The position numbers and the translations under genes are program-made. Positions 11,227 through 23,537 of a DNA stretch of 64,000 nt are shown here, piece after piece (position 1 is the first letter of the stretch; each line of letters begins with the position of its first letter). A model generated the notes under the pieces. The model worked only from the letters and a program-made list of their open reading frames with translations. It had not been told where the DNA came from and searched no databases. This stretch comes from Lepidodermella squamata. Its lineage: Eukaryota > Animalia > Gastrotricha. The DNA is taken from assembly GCA_047495785.1 (NCBI GenBank), contig JBLDXI010000021.1, positions 124,001 through 188,000 on the forward strand, given 5' to 3'.

Positions 11227-13459
11227 TCAGTCAGAACAAGGTGGTTGGTACAAATTGAAATAAGCTGCAGCCCAAGTATTGGTCGCGAAGAATACGATTA
11301 TCACGCCGATTATATTCATACCAATCCCGCACAGCGCCTAAAAATAGAAAATCAGATAAGTAAAATAATCCGCTGGCACGCATACCATGTCAACAATGCG
11401 TAGTCGATTGGTTGAAAATACCAGTGCATTAGGCGGCGTAGCTACAGGTAGCATGAAGGCAAATGCAGCCGAAAGAGCCGTGGGGAATAGGAAGAGTAAA
11501 GGACTGACATTCAAATCTTTCGCCAATTTCTCCATGATCGGAGAAATCAAGGTGACGCAGGCGATATTTGACATGAATTCCGTCATACATGCAACCATGA
11601 TTGAAGTCATGAGGACGCATAGACTCAGCGGGATACCTTCCATTATGTTCTTGAAAACTGGGGCAATGACGGCTGGCAGGCCTGAATCTTGCGCTCCAGC
11701 TGCAGCTGCCATTCCACCTCCTAGCAGAAGGATAACTCCAAAAGGGAAGTCTTTATCAACCTGCTTCCATTTAAGCAAAGGTGGCGGTATCTTGGCACTA
11801 GCTGAGCGGAACGAAGGTATCTCACTTGGAAATACGAAAAGGAAGGACGATACTAAAATTGTCGCTGTTGATTCTTTCACGTATTTTGGCGCGATTATCC
11901 CCCAACCTATGAAGTCAGCCCCTTGCCCCGTTGACATTTGCCTTGTTATTAGAAGGATGATTAACAACAGACAATGGGCTAATACGGCGTATTGTTGGAA
12001 ACCCATTGGATCAAGTTGGGAATAGAGTTGCGTTACAACCGCTGTTATTCTTTCAGCCTGCTTCTCTGCGTTAGTTTTCCGACTTTTTTCCTCCTCACTT
12101 TTCTTCTTGCCGAATAAGGCCCGCCAAGGCTCTGCTATCCATACTGCATAAACGTACCTATAAAAGGAAACGTGAAGGATGAGTTTCATGTGTGAGATCC
12201 TTACCTGTAGCCAAGGAAGAAGAACTGAAGCCAGAACCAAGCAATAAATATGAACATGTATCCAACGGGTACGCCGAATACTAGCCAAGATGTGAATGTC
12301 ACTGGTTGCGTACAGTTGAGACCTTCAAAGGCCTGGTCAGCTCGCTCTTTCATTACCAGGTTAGTTGGAGTGCCAATCAGGGTGCACATACCTCCGATTG
12401 ACGCACTGTAAGCTGCAGCGATAAGAAGCATCTTCTCGAGACCATCAATCGTCTTTTTCGACAAAACAGCCCCATCCTCAGGTTCTACTTCCTCATTCGT
12501 CGCAGCTGTAGTCGATTGAACAGCACTGATTGCTGTTGAGACAGTTTGAGACTCTATCTCCACACCCGGCTGGACGCTTTCACCATCGTCAATGACATCA
12601 CGCATCTGATCGGGCACATCGACTGGTAGTTCGTGCAGAGCTTTGATTTCGAGGATCCCGGAATTCGTTCGACCAAGATGGTGTAGTTCGATATCATGGG
12701 TATCAAAATTCGGTTCGACATCCTCGCCCACTGTCATTTTAACATTCTGTTCCGTTACAGCTGAAGTTATTGTTGAGCAGTCGGAGGTAGATCTTTCAAG
12801 GGTCTGAATGGCGTCTCCGTCACCTTTAGGCGATTTTTCCTTCTCAGATGCCTCCCGCAACTCGTCGATGATTCCCTTAACAATTGGCAGATGTAAAGCG
12901 CACGACATTGTGTTATTTGTGAACTGAAAAAAATCGAATTAATTCAAGTATTGCTAGAAGACTTTAATGATACCATTGATAAGAAGCAAGCTGACATCAT
13001 GGTACCGAATAACAGCCACCGCGGTTGGGGGCCAACTGTCAGTAGAATTCTCAGAGCAAATCTTTTGTGGAGATTCGCGCTTTCAAAGGCTATGACCATA
13101 ATGTAACTGCCGACGAAAGCCATGTTGACTTCCTATTAGGAGAAAAGTCCGCTTTCACGAAATCTTCCCATGTGCTTTATAAGACTTACGCTCATGTATT
13201 TCGGCGCCAATTCTTTTGCTGTCGTGATTTTCAGTAATGGATACAAGAACATCGGGATCAATGCTGTAACAGCGATAGGCAGGCATTCACTCGTCCAGAA
13301 TACGACAAGCATCAACAGAACAAAGGTACATCGTGCTGGCTTCTGATACTCGGTCCCGTCGTAGAGAAACAATAGCGAGAGTATGCAAGGTGTCAATATT
13401 GAAATGAGGTAGCTTCGCCAAGCAAAGGCTTGCCTTGCAATGTGAAGAAATTTAACCAT
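11227..13459 (-). CDS. SLC13 family Na+/dicarboxylate-citrate/sulfate cotransporter (Indy-like), paralog A
   Basis: FWTSECLPIAVTAL, NLHKRFAL, AAYSASIGGMCTLIGTPTNL, LLGGGMA, TEFMSNIA, FAFMLPVATPPNAL. Last exon ends NTWAAAYFNLYQPPCSD*. Confidence 0.93.
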
Positions 13460-14020
13460 AATCGAAGCTTTTAATGTTTCATTAAATTTCGGTGCAAAGT
13501 CTGCTATAGGATTTCAGCTGATAGTATGCACTGGGACGTACATTGAAGCTGAAAAAATTCGGCAACCGTGGTTCGATACGCTTGACTTGATGTCCAGCGA
13601 CATAAATTACGTGGCGTATTTTTCACTCAAAGCTATTTATAAGGGAATAAAATCTTACAGGAAACGCATGTTTTCCATCGATCTTCTTTTATTTTTTTAA
13701 CCAATTTTTAAATCAGCAACGAAATAATTCAATTTTAAATTAAAGAGGCAACTTAAAAACATTTTTTTCTCCAACCGAGTTTTCCAGTTTTCAGCGTCTG
13801 CAAATTATTGAGAAAAATGATAGAAACAAAAGGAGCCATTTTTTGGGTTCCTAAACGTGGGAATAAAATTTGATACAAAACAAAAAGAAAGGTGAGGATA
13901 AAAATCAAGAAAAAAAATTGATTATAAATTTTTCAATCGCTAAGGTCTTTCGTTATCAAGGTAGATATTTCGGAATTTTCGCGCTAAAAGCTCAGCAAAA
14001 CGTGATCGTGATTTCTTGCA

Positions 14021-17000
14021 TCAGTTTCCGCATGGCGGCTTGTAGAGTGAAAAGAAAGCGTTCCCCCACGTATTCGTCGCCAGGTAGACAACTAGAATGC
14101 CAATAATATTCATGCCAATGCCGCAGAATACCTAATAAAAAAATAATTAAAATGGAAAAAATCAAGGATAAAAAAGCGTACCATGTCAACGATTTTGAGA
14201 CGGTTCGTTGAGAAGACGAGAGCATTTGGCGGCGTGGCGACCGGTAACATGAAAGCAAACGAGGCAGACAAGGTTGTGGGAAACAAAAACAACAGGGGGC
14301 TGACATTCAATTCTTTGGCCTAAATTTAAAAAAAAAATAATCCATCTGAATTTTTTTTCAAAATCTGCGACTTACCAATTTCTCCATAATAGGAGCAACA
14401 AGAGTAACGCAAGCAATATTGGACATGAATTCGGTCTGACAGTAATAAGTAGGTCAAGCTCATAAAATGAGTGCAAATGAAAACAAACCATAGCAGCGAC
14501 TAAAATTGAGGTCATGAGAACAGCAAGGCTCAGCGAGATGCCTTTCATAAGATCGCGGAAAACCGGGGCGATAAGAGCGGGAAGGCCCGATTCTTGAGCA
14601 CCTGCCGCAGCGGCCATACCGCCGCCGAGCAGTAATATCACACCGAACGGGAATTCTTTGTCGACCTGGCGCCATTTCAACAACGTCGGCGGTGGTTCGA
14701 TTTTGCCATTTAGATTGAAACTACTAAGCGATGGCAATCGGCTCGGGAAAATGAACATGGACGCTGCGATGAAAATGGTCGCCGTTGATTCTTTGACGTA
14801 TTTAGGCGCGATGATGCCCCAGCCGATGAAGTGATCGTCGCCTGTCGACATTTGCCGCGTTATTAACAGCAGGATGAGAATGACGCAGTGGGAAAGGACG
14901 GCGTACTGCTCGAAGCCCATGGGCGTGAGCTGCGAGTACAACTGGCTGATAACGGCTGTGACGCGTTCCGCCTGTTTCGTTGCTCGTGCTTTAGCCCGCG
15001 TGACTTCGCGTGGCTTCATGCGGAAAAAGCAGAGGAATGGGTCGACGATCCAAACACCACACACATACCTGGAAAAAATGACAAAAAATTAGAAGTTGGT
15101 GGACAAAAACTTTCGTTGCAAAAATTCGTGAGCTGACTGACAGCTGAATTCAGTCGAATATGATAATTTTTAGGCGAATCACGGACTACTTTTGAAAATA
15201 TACTTTCAAAATCGAAGGAATTCTCAAGGCATCCATCTGAAGCTCAGGAATGAACTCGATTAATTCGGTTAAATACACCGCCTAGAGGAATTTCATTTTA
15301 CCCCTCATTTTCTCAATTTTCTTAAAAAATTCGATCCAAATTTCAGGGGAGAAAGGGCGTTTTCTATGGTCTAAAGTAACCGTTGAAAGTCCAAGGTTAG
15401 CAAACACCTGGGAAATCGCCAAAAATCAGATTAAAATTGAAAAATTATCAGCATTCTCTGGAAAATCAGGACAATCATTGTCCTTTTTTAGTTCAATTTT
15501 CAGAATTATCTAGCAACTGCTAAATTTTCTAAAAAAATGGCTTTTTAGTCCTAAAAGTCACCCCCTTGTAGCGGGACTGAAAATTGGCCCCTTATTTCAC
15601 ACCTGAAAAATTCATTTTCACTTTGTTCGCTAAGCTTTCAAATTTCGTCACGACCCGAAAATTTCGACATCCTTAGAGATTATAGCTCAAGTTTTGCGAA
15701 TATTTCTATATTTAAAAAAACTTACTTGGGCCCTAGGAAAAATATTTGCAGCCAGAACCAAGCGATGAAAATGAAAGAAAATCCAACAGGAAAGCCGAAG
15801 ACGAGCCAACTCGTGAAAGTAATCGGCTGCGTGCAATTGTATGACTCATACACCTGATCAGCGCGTTCTTTCATGATCAAATTTGTCGGCGTTCCGATCA
15901 AGGTGCACATGCCGCCGATGGACGCGCTATACGCCGCGGCTATCAGCAGCATCTTCTCCAAGCCATCGATTGTCTTCTGCGACAAAACATCACCGTCATC
16001 GCCAGGCCGCGGCGACGAGACATTTGACGATGAATCACCGGATGATAGGCCGCTTTTCGGGGTAAGCGACTGCCGCGCGGCCTGATCTTCTTTCGCGTCA
16101 AGTGTCTCTTTCACGTCGATTGAAAGCGGGACATCGATAGGGACGTCACTTGACGACGTCACCTCAACAACTGCGACACTATCGACCTCCAACTTCAGCG
16201 GCTCGCCGTTATTTTCGAGGTTTTCCTTATTATTAGCTTGGTCCAGCTCAATATCAGGGTCGTTGATGGACTCGGTGGATTTTTCGCAAATTTGACCGGA
16301 ACACACGGTTTCAACATCGACTATTGTCGACGAGCATTCCGTGACGACAATCGCCGGTGTTGGGCAGTCGATGTGCGCCTGTTTCTCGCTTTTATTCGCG
16401 TCTTCAGTTTGCTTATTACTCGTCCTCGTCGCTTGAGCCTCGCGCAGTTCATCGATGATACCCTTCACAATGGGCAGGTGAAGGGCGCAAGACATGGTAT
16501 TGTTCGTAAACTGTAAGTTCGGTTATGCGATATGACGCGTTCGAAGCATGAAATAAAACGAAACAAATATCAGGCGAAAAAGTGAAAGCTTTGTAAAAAT
16601 TGCCGACTGACCATTGATAGAAAACTCGCTGACATCATGGTGCCGAAGAGCAACCAACGCGGCTGCGGACCAACTGTCATGAGAATTCTCAAAGCGAATC
16701 GTTTGTGTAGGTTGGCGCTCTCGAACGCTATCACCATTATGTAACTGCCAACGAAAGCCATATTCACCTCCTGTGAAATTAAAAAATAATAAGAAAATAT
16801 TTAATTTAAAATAAAAAAGTCTTACGCTCATATATTTCGGTGCGAGGTCTTTAGCCGTTGATATTTGAAGCAAAGGATATAGGAACATGGGCAGTAGGGC
16901 AGTTACAGCAATCGGTATGCATTCGCTGGTCCAAAAGACGACAAGCATTAGCAGTACAAAGGTGCATCTCGCCGGCTTCTGGTACTCGGTCCCGTCGTAC

Positions 17001-17095
17001 AGGAACAACAATGAGAGGATCGTCGGCGTTAGGATGGTGATCAAATAGCTACGCCAAGCGAATATCAGCCTCAACAGCTTAATGACTCGCGCCAT
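14021..17095 (-). CDS. SLC13 family transporter, paralog B
   Basis: Same motifs as paralog A. Starts MARVIKLL, has a ~650-nt intron near 15068-15726, ends NTWGNAFFSLYKPPCGN*. Confidence 0.92.
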
Positions 17096-17784
17096 ATTAG
17101 CCCCGAAGTTGAACTCCTCTCGCACGTAACACTACTCTAGGCAATAAATTTAGGGCGTGGCAATTAAAATTGAAAAAATTGAGGGAGTGAGGATAATAAC
17201 AATGCACCTATGAGAAAAACGATTCGCACTTCAAGTTGAAAATTTGAGGGAGAGCGATTGAAATTGTTATTATTTCTTAAATAAGTCTCATTTTTCCTGA
17301 GGAAGGAAATCATTATTTTTCCTTCTAGAAGAGAGTGGGTTGCGACCCTAAAAAAACAAAATGCCCGCTTGCAGCCAGCGAGGGCACATAGAGGTGTGGC
17401 TAATGCATATTTAATTTACGCTAGAACGAACTGTAAAAAAACGTTGTAAATCGATAAATTTTACTATACATGAGATTAATTTACTTGGCTGAAGCTCAAG
17501 AAACATACTCTTCGTTATCTATAAATAATTTAGACACCGTTTTATGATATCACATTTCTGTGCGAATCGATCTATAAAAGTTGAGTGCGATCAAGAGGTC
17601 AAATTTCACGGAATTGAGTTTAAATATAAAAGCATATCATGCACCTGATGTGATGGTAAATATTATTATTCGGAAGAATGAAATTGGGAATAACTTGAAA
17701 ATTTCGTAAACACTTGTTGATAACGCGCGCGTTCGCCGGTAATTTTGCCCATTTTTACTCAACGTGATGAGACCGTCACCACAC

Positions 17785-17811
17785 GATGACGACGACGACG
17801 ACGACGACGAT
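17785..17811 (+). repeat. (GAC)7 microsatellite flanked by GAT
   Basis: Read directly: gat(gac)7gat in CpG-rich DNA upstream of SLC13 paralog B. Confidence 0.85.
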
Positions 17812-18673
17812 GAAGCGCGCGTTTGTCATGCTTATTCTTGCGCTGGATGGCTCGTTGAGATTGAACGAGGACGCAACACCAGCCGCCGCGTGCAACACAA
17901 AGAAGCCGCCGGCCTTTCGATGAGTGCAGACCTTAACTTGGCTGGACGCGCGCGTAACATTGGACGCGCAGTGGGGCCCACTAGACCGCATCGTTTTTGT
18001 TGCTGATAATAACTGCTGCTGCTGCTCATCCAACTTGTGAATATTATTTTATATTAAGGACGCGCGATTCTTAATGCCGCACGTGCGCGCCTGAGTTCAA
18101 AGCCGCTATGTGAACGCCGATTGACTGATATCAACATTTCGCTGACCTTGAGTCGCCGCGGCCTCACGTTGCAACGTGTCATACTCATCGTCGTCGCAAA
18201 ATTCCCACACCCTTCGATACGCCTCCACACAAAAAAATCGTCTAAAAAAAGAATGATGCATCCGCAAATTCACGCATCATCGCTTCGATGAAATAATATA
18301 ACGTTGAATGCGATTTTATTGCCTTTTGATGCGATATAATTGAGTATTATAAGAGGCGCGATATAATCTAGTTCGGATGCGTTATTGGCAAACCCGAGTG
18401 CGAAGCGTTTTTTAGGCTATGCGCGCGCGTCACTATTGTGCTTTTTTCTACTCGGAAAAATGACAAAAAAACAATAGAAAAATCTCATTATTTATTGCCG
18501 ATCGATTACTTGCAGCTGATCAATATACAGTATAGTGAAATGTCATCACTTTGCAGGAAGATGTATATTATTGGATCTAAGTCGTCGCTAAAACAAGAAA
18601 AACAATTGTAACGCACCTAAAATGTTCGTGAGTTCGACACTTTTTATATGCATTATTAATTTCGCAGAAAATG

Positions 18674-21180
18674 TCAATGAGAGCATGGAGCTTGGAAAAG
18701 CGAGAAGTACGAATTACCCCACGTATTGACGGCGGTGAAAACAACCAAGATGCCGATGAGATTCATACCGAGTCCGCATAGTACCATGTCCTTTATTTTG
18801 AGGCGATTCGTTGAAAATACGAGCGCGTTAGGAAGGGTCGCCACAGGTAGCATGAACGCAAAAGAAGCCGATAGCGTTGTAGGAAATAGGAAGAGAAGCG
18901 GATTCACATGAAGTTCGAAAGCCTGACAATGAAAAATAGCAAGCTTAAAAATCAGAGATTTGACAATTTGCTCGGAGTTGTTCACTAAGGATAGCTGTTC
19001 ACGTGAATCCTTAGGTTCAAAGGTCGTAATCATGGGAAGCCATGCACCATATTTTTCGAATAATATGACAGGCTGGCCACAGTCGGGAATTTCGAATCGC
19101 TCAGGTGCCAACATGGTTCAAGTCATTTTGGCCATTGTCTCGAATTTTCTCAGACAATTTCCCCAGAACAATTATAAGATTATTCCGCATTTTTTTCCAG
19201 GAATTAACTTTTATAAACATGTTTATTTTGAGGATTGTAAGAAATGAAAAAATAGAGAAATCATTTTAAATTGATTAAAAATTATTTAGAAATTATTTTA
19301 AATTTATAGATATTTGAAAAAATTTGAAAAGATTCGCCAATAATTAATGACTAAATTTGATTAATTGAAAAGCTATCCAGCATTTTTTGCTAAACATTCA
19401 ATAATAGGATCGAAAAAATGAGCTATCCTTACCAATTCCTCCATCACCGGTGAGATCAATGTGACACAAGCGACATTAGACATGACCTCAGTCATCGCTG
19501 CGACGAAAATCGACGTAATTAAAACTGTAAGACTGAACGGCATATCTTTGACCAGATCGTGAAATACTGGCGCGATAAGGAGAGGCAGGCCAGATTCCTG
19601 GGCTCCATAAGTCGCAGCCATGCCTCCTCCTAAAAGCAATATAACTCCAAAAGGAAACGACTCCTCAACTTGCGACCACTTCAGCAAGGGCTCCGGCGGC
19701 TGTTTCGTGTCAGCCATCGACGGCCATTTCGATGGGAATAGGAACATAGATGCCGTTATTAGGATTGCTGCCGTAGATTCTTCGACATACTCGGGCGCGA
19801 CTATGCCCCAACCGACGTAGTCATGCGAATCTCCAGTTGACATTTGCCGCGTTATCAGAAGTAAAACTAGCAGAATACAATGCGCTAAAACAGCATATTG
19901 ACGGAACCCCATCGGTTCTAATTGAGCGTTTAGTTGTTCGATAACAGCCGTAACTCGTTCCGCCTGTTTCTCCGCCTTCACTTGCGCCCGAGTTGCGACC
20001 CGATTTTGCGCAGGGAAAAAGCATCGAAATGGCTGGGTGATCCAGACTCGATAGACATATTTCGGCCCGAGGAAGAAAATTTGAAGCCAGAACCATGAGA
20101 TGAAGATGAAAAGATAGCCAACGGGAACACCGATAACCAGCCAACTCGTGAAGGTTATAGGGTGACTAGTGCAGTTGTAGTGCAGAAACACCTCATCGAC
20201 TCGTTCTTTCATGATTAAATTAGTCGGAGTTCCAATCAGCGTACACATACCGCCGATTGACGAACTATAAGCCGCTGCGATCAACAACATTTTCTCCAGG
20301 CCAGTGATAGCTTTCGGCGATAAGGCGCTCTCCTCTTCCTCCAACTCCTCCGCCTTAATAGGAGGTTCAGTTACTTCCGATTTCTCAATTTCCGGCTCAG
20401 CAACGCTTTCAGTCGAACTTTCAACTGGGTTGCTGCTGTCCGAAGAATTGTTGGAAAATGAAGTTTCATCTGTCCCAGTTTCTTGGATAGTTTCGACAAT
20501 CGTAACAACCGTCGGGCTCTCCTTCAACCCATCATCGCCTGATTTCAGGCTTTGCTTCTTCGAAGCTTCTCGAAGTTCGTCTATGATACCCTTCACGATC
20601 GGAAGATGCAGCGCGCATGAAACAGTGTTATTCGTAAACTAAAAATCGAAATTTCAGGAATTTTTTTTAAATTTTTTCCCGAAATTTTACCATGGATAGG
20701 AAGCAAGCAGACATCATTGTACCGAAGAGGAGCCAGCGAGGCTGTGGGCCGACAATTTTCAGAATTCGAAGCGCCAGTCGTTTATGGAGATTGGCCCGTT
20801 CGAACGCGATCACCATGATGTAACTGCCCATAAAGGCCATGATAACTTCCTGAATTAATCCTCCTTAAATATTTTTAAATTATTCTTAGTAATTTTCTTA
20901 CGTTCATGTATTTCGGCGCGACTTCTTTAGCTGTGACGATTCGTAATAACGGGTATAGGAACATCGGTAGAAGAGCCGTGACGGCGATTGGGATGCATTC
21001 ACTTGTCCAGAAAACAACGAGTAGCAGCAGAACGAAGCTGCATCGCGCCGGTTTTTGGTACTCGGTTCCGTCGTAGAGGAACAACAGCGACAAGACGGAC
21101 GGGGCGAGGATGGCGATGAGGTAACTTCGCCACACCCAAATTATCTTTAAAACCGGTGGACAACTGCCGCATGCTGGCAT
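18674..21180 (-). CDS. SLC13 family transporter, paralog C
   Basis: FWTSECIPIAVTAL, AAYSSSIGGMCTLIGTPTNL, TEVMSNVA, FAFMLPVATLPNAL. Ends NTWGNSYFSLFQAPCSH*. Confidence 0.92.
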
Positions 21181-23537
21181 TTTTACAGCAGGTGATGAGT
21201 TTTAGCCAACAACACTGCCGTGCCGTAATAACCATTCAACTTTGACAAAGCCTGGTTTTTTTTTTAATTCGAGTTGAAACTCGCTATTTGCGCGTCTTCG
21301 CAAGGTAAAATGAAAGAGCCTTGAGTAGTCGCTATAATAGTAAAATTTAGACGCAACAAATTGCGAAACACTTCATTTTCATCATCAGTTATGAATTGTA
21401 TGGATTTAACCTTTCCGTAATTCTCTCAGCCTAAAATGACAGACCTGAATGAGAAATTTTTACTTTAAGGTTAATTTTTTCATACATACATTTAGTCGTT
21501 ATTTTTCAATCTTTTCCAGCTCATGCATGAGAGAGTTTTAATCACCGGCGATCTCTCTGCCTTGAACTCCTTATTTTGAAAGTGCACCGAGTGACATCTC
21601 ATTGCACCGGACAGGTGCGTATGAAATTAATGAATACCACTGTTAAATTAAAAAATTATAAGTTGGCAAGGTTTATGAGAGTGATGAATAAAGATTGTTC
21701 TTGGCATATTTCTGATTTTATTTCACTGCCATCGCCTGTTACGTCGCTCTCGGCATCGTATAGCCTCATAGCCTCATAGACTTCAAAATTTATGATGCAA
21801 TCAATAATGTGAAAAGGCGATACAAAATTAACGGTAGAAAAAAGTAAAAGATTATCGTAAATTATTGAATAAAATCGAATGTTTATTCTCAAATTTTCCT
21901 GCCGATCATTGAAGTGATTCATTTCGACTGATCTAATTTTATCGACCAAAACCTGACATCATAGTCTCAAATTTCCAATTTCCACCTCAAGTTTCAGGTG
22001 GAGTGATTCAGTGTCTGCTCAGCGGCGCTTGTTGACAAGGAATCATCGCGAGAAAATAATATAAATTTTAGCGCTATAAAGTGGCGCGTATACGGCTGGA
22101 GAAAGCACGTGCTCATCGCGTGTAAAAAATGTGCTCATATTCAAATAAATAAAAATGATCGGAAATGTGAGTACTGAACTTCATGATCCTTACTTTTGGA
22201 AACGCTATTTTCGGCTGGTATAAGAAGTCAAATATAGAAAAGTGAATATTTATAGTACGTAATGCTTTGTTATATCAGCATCTCCTCGAAATGCAGCGGA
22301 AGCGATCGAAGAAGTGTCGCACTCAGTCTTTAGGTTCATACCCTTGAATTTTCCTTCTTCTCATCTTTTCCGCAGATCAATGAAAAGAAAATCTATTTCG
22401 TCAAGTGGCCTTGTAAATTGACGAATATTAAATCCTTCCGTCGTGCGAGTGCGGTAAAAAAATTCTTGTTGAACCATCTCTCGGCGCTCATAAATTAGCT
22501 GCGCGTCAGATCATATGTTATCAATTAGGGCGTGTCACGCAGACGCGTGTTTAATCACTTATTAATTCACTACTCTTCAAAATTCAAATCGCCGTGAACG
22601 GAAGGTCGACTTCACTATTATGCTTTGCTTTTTTTTCTTCATGGGCGTGTGGTAGCAAAAAAGCTTGTATTTGAATTATTAACGTATTTGAATGTTGGTT
22701 TGTGACAAGGGTCTCGTCAAAGAGATTGCTATTACCGTGTTTGCCTTTAAGTAAAATCAATAATTTTTCCATTCACCTTTTTCTAAAAAAATCTCATTTG
22801 CGACGTTTACAGTAGCTCGGTCACATTTTTCCCCCATGCTGTTCACGTGAACAACTAATATCTTTAGCAGGTCAAAATGTTATCTTATTGCCCGAGAGAT
22901 CCAGTTACAAAGACTTCTTTAAACGGAACTTTGATATGGCTGTTGTTTATCATAATAATCTACTGGACAGCACGTATTTTATACGGCTCGTATCAGCAAT
23001 TAGTGTCCAAATAAAGAATCACGCCCATTCATTCAGCATAAGCGCGTGAGCGTCCGAAGTCCAAGCTGAGTTCTTGCCAGATTTTTCATTTCACTCTCAT
23101 AAAAAATGACAATTTTTTGCCCCAGAAAATCAATATTTATATAAAATTGAATAATTCTTCCCGAACAATGTGGATTTTTTAATTAACTGACACTTCGTAG
23201 TGTTTCTTTTACCGTTTTTTAGGCCTGATATTGACACTTCATCCGCCAAATAAATACAAGACAAAGAATTTTACGCTGCGCAAAAAACTCCCTACATATA
23301 CGATGATATATAATACCATACTGCATCGTAGTATATGCCTGTATTTTATTATATATATAGGTACCAAGAACAACTCAGTCGGAACCACCCTATTATGTAT
23401 TCACATGTCTGCTCATTCTTATTTGACCTACTGGTATATACTGCATGCACGCCTCATTTCACTATTAAGAAAATTTTCTGAATATTTTTCGCATTATATT
23501 ATATCGTATATAGGAAACCTTTCTTCCCTAAATTATA

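Noticed and set aside
15068-15726. Possible repeat element in the SLC13-B intron sharing caccgcctagagg with ~27595
   Set aside because: Only a 13-bp match and weak inverted ends; boundaries cannot be defined.
17764-18033. Overlapping short ORFs with poly-D, poly-V, poly-Q and poly-S
   Set aside because: Produced by GAC and GCT microsatellites in CpG-rich upstream DNA; no domain or splice support.
21181-23537. Short AT-rich ORFs between the SLC13 and reductase arrays
   Set aside because: Composition is that of non-coding DNA and there are no recognisable motifs.
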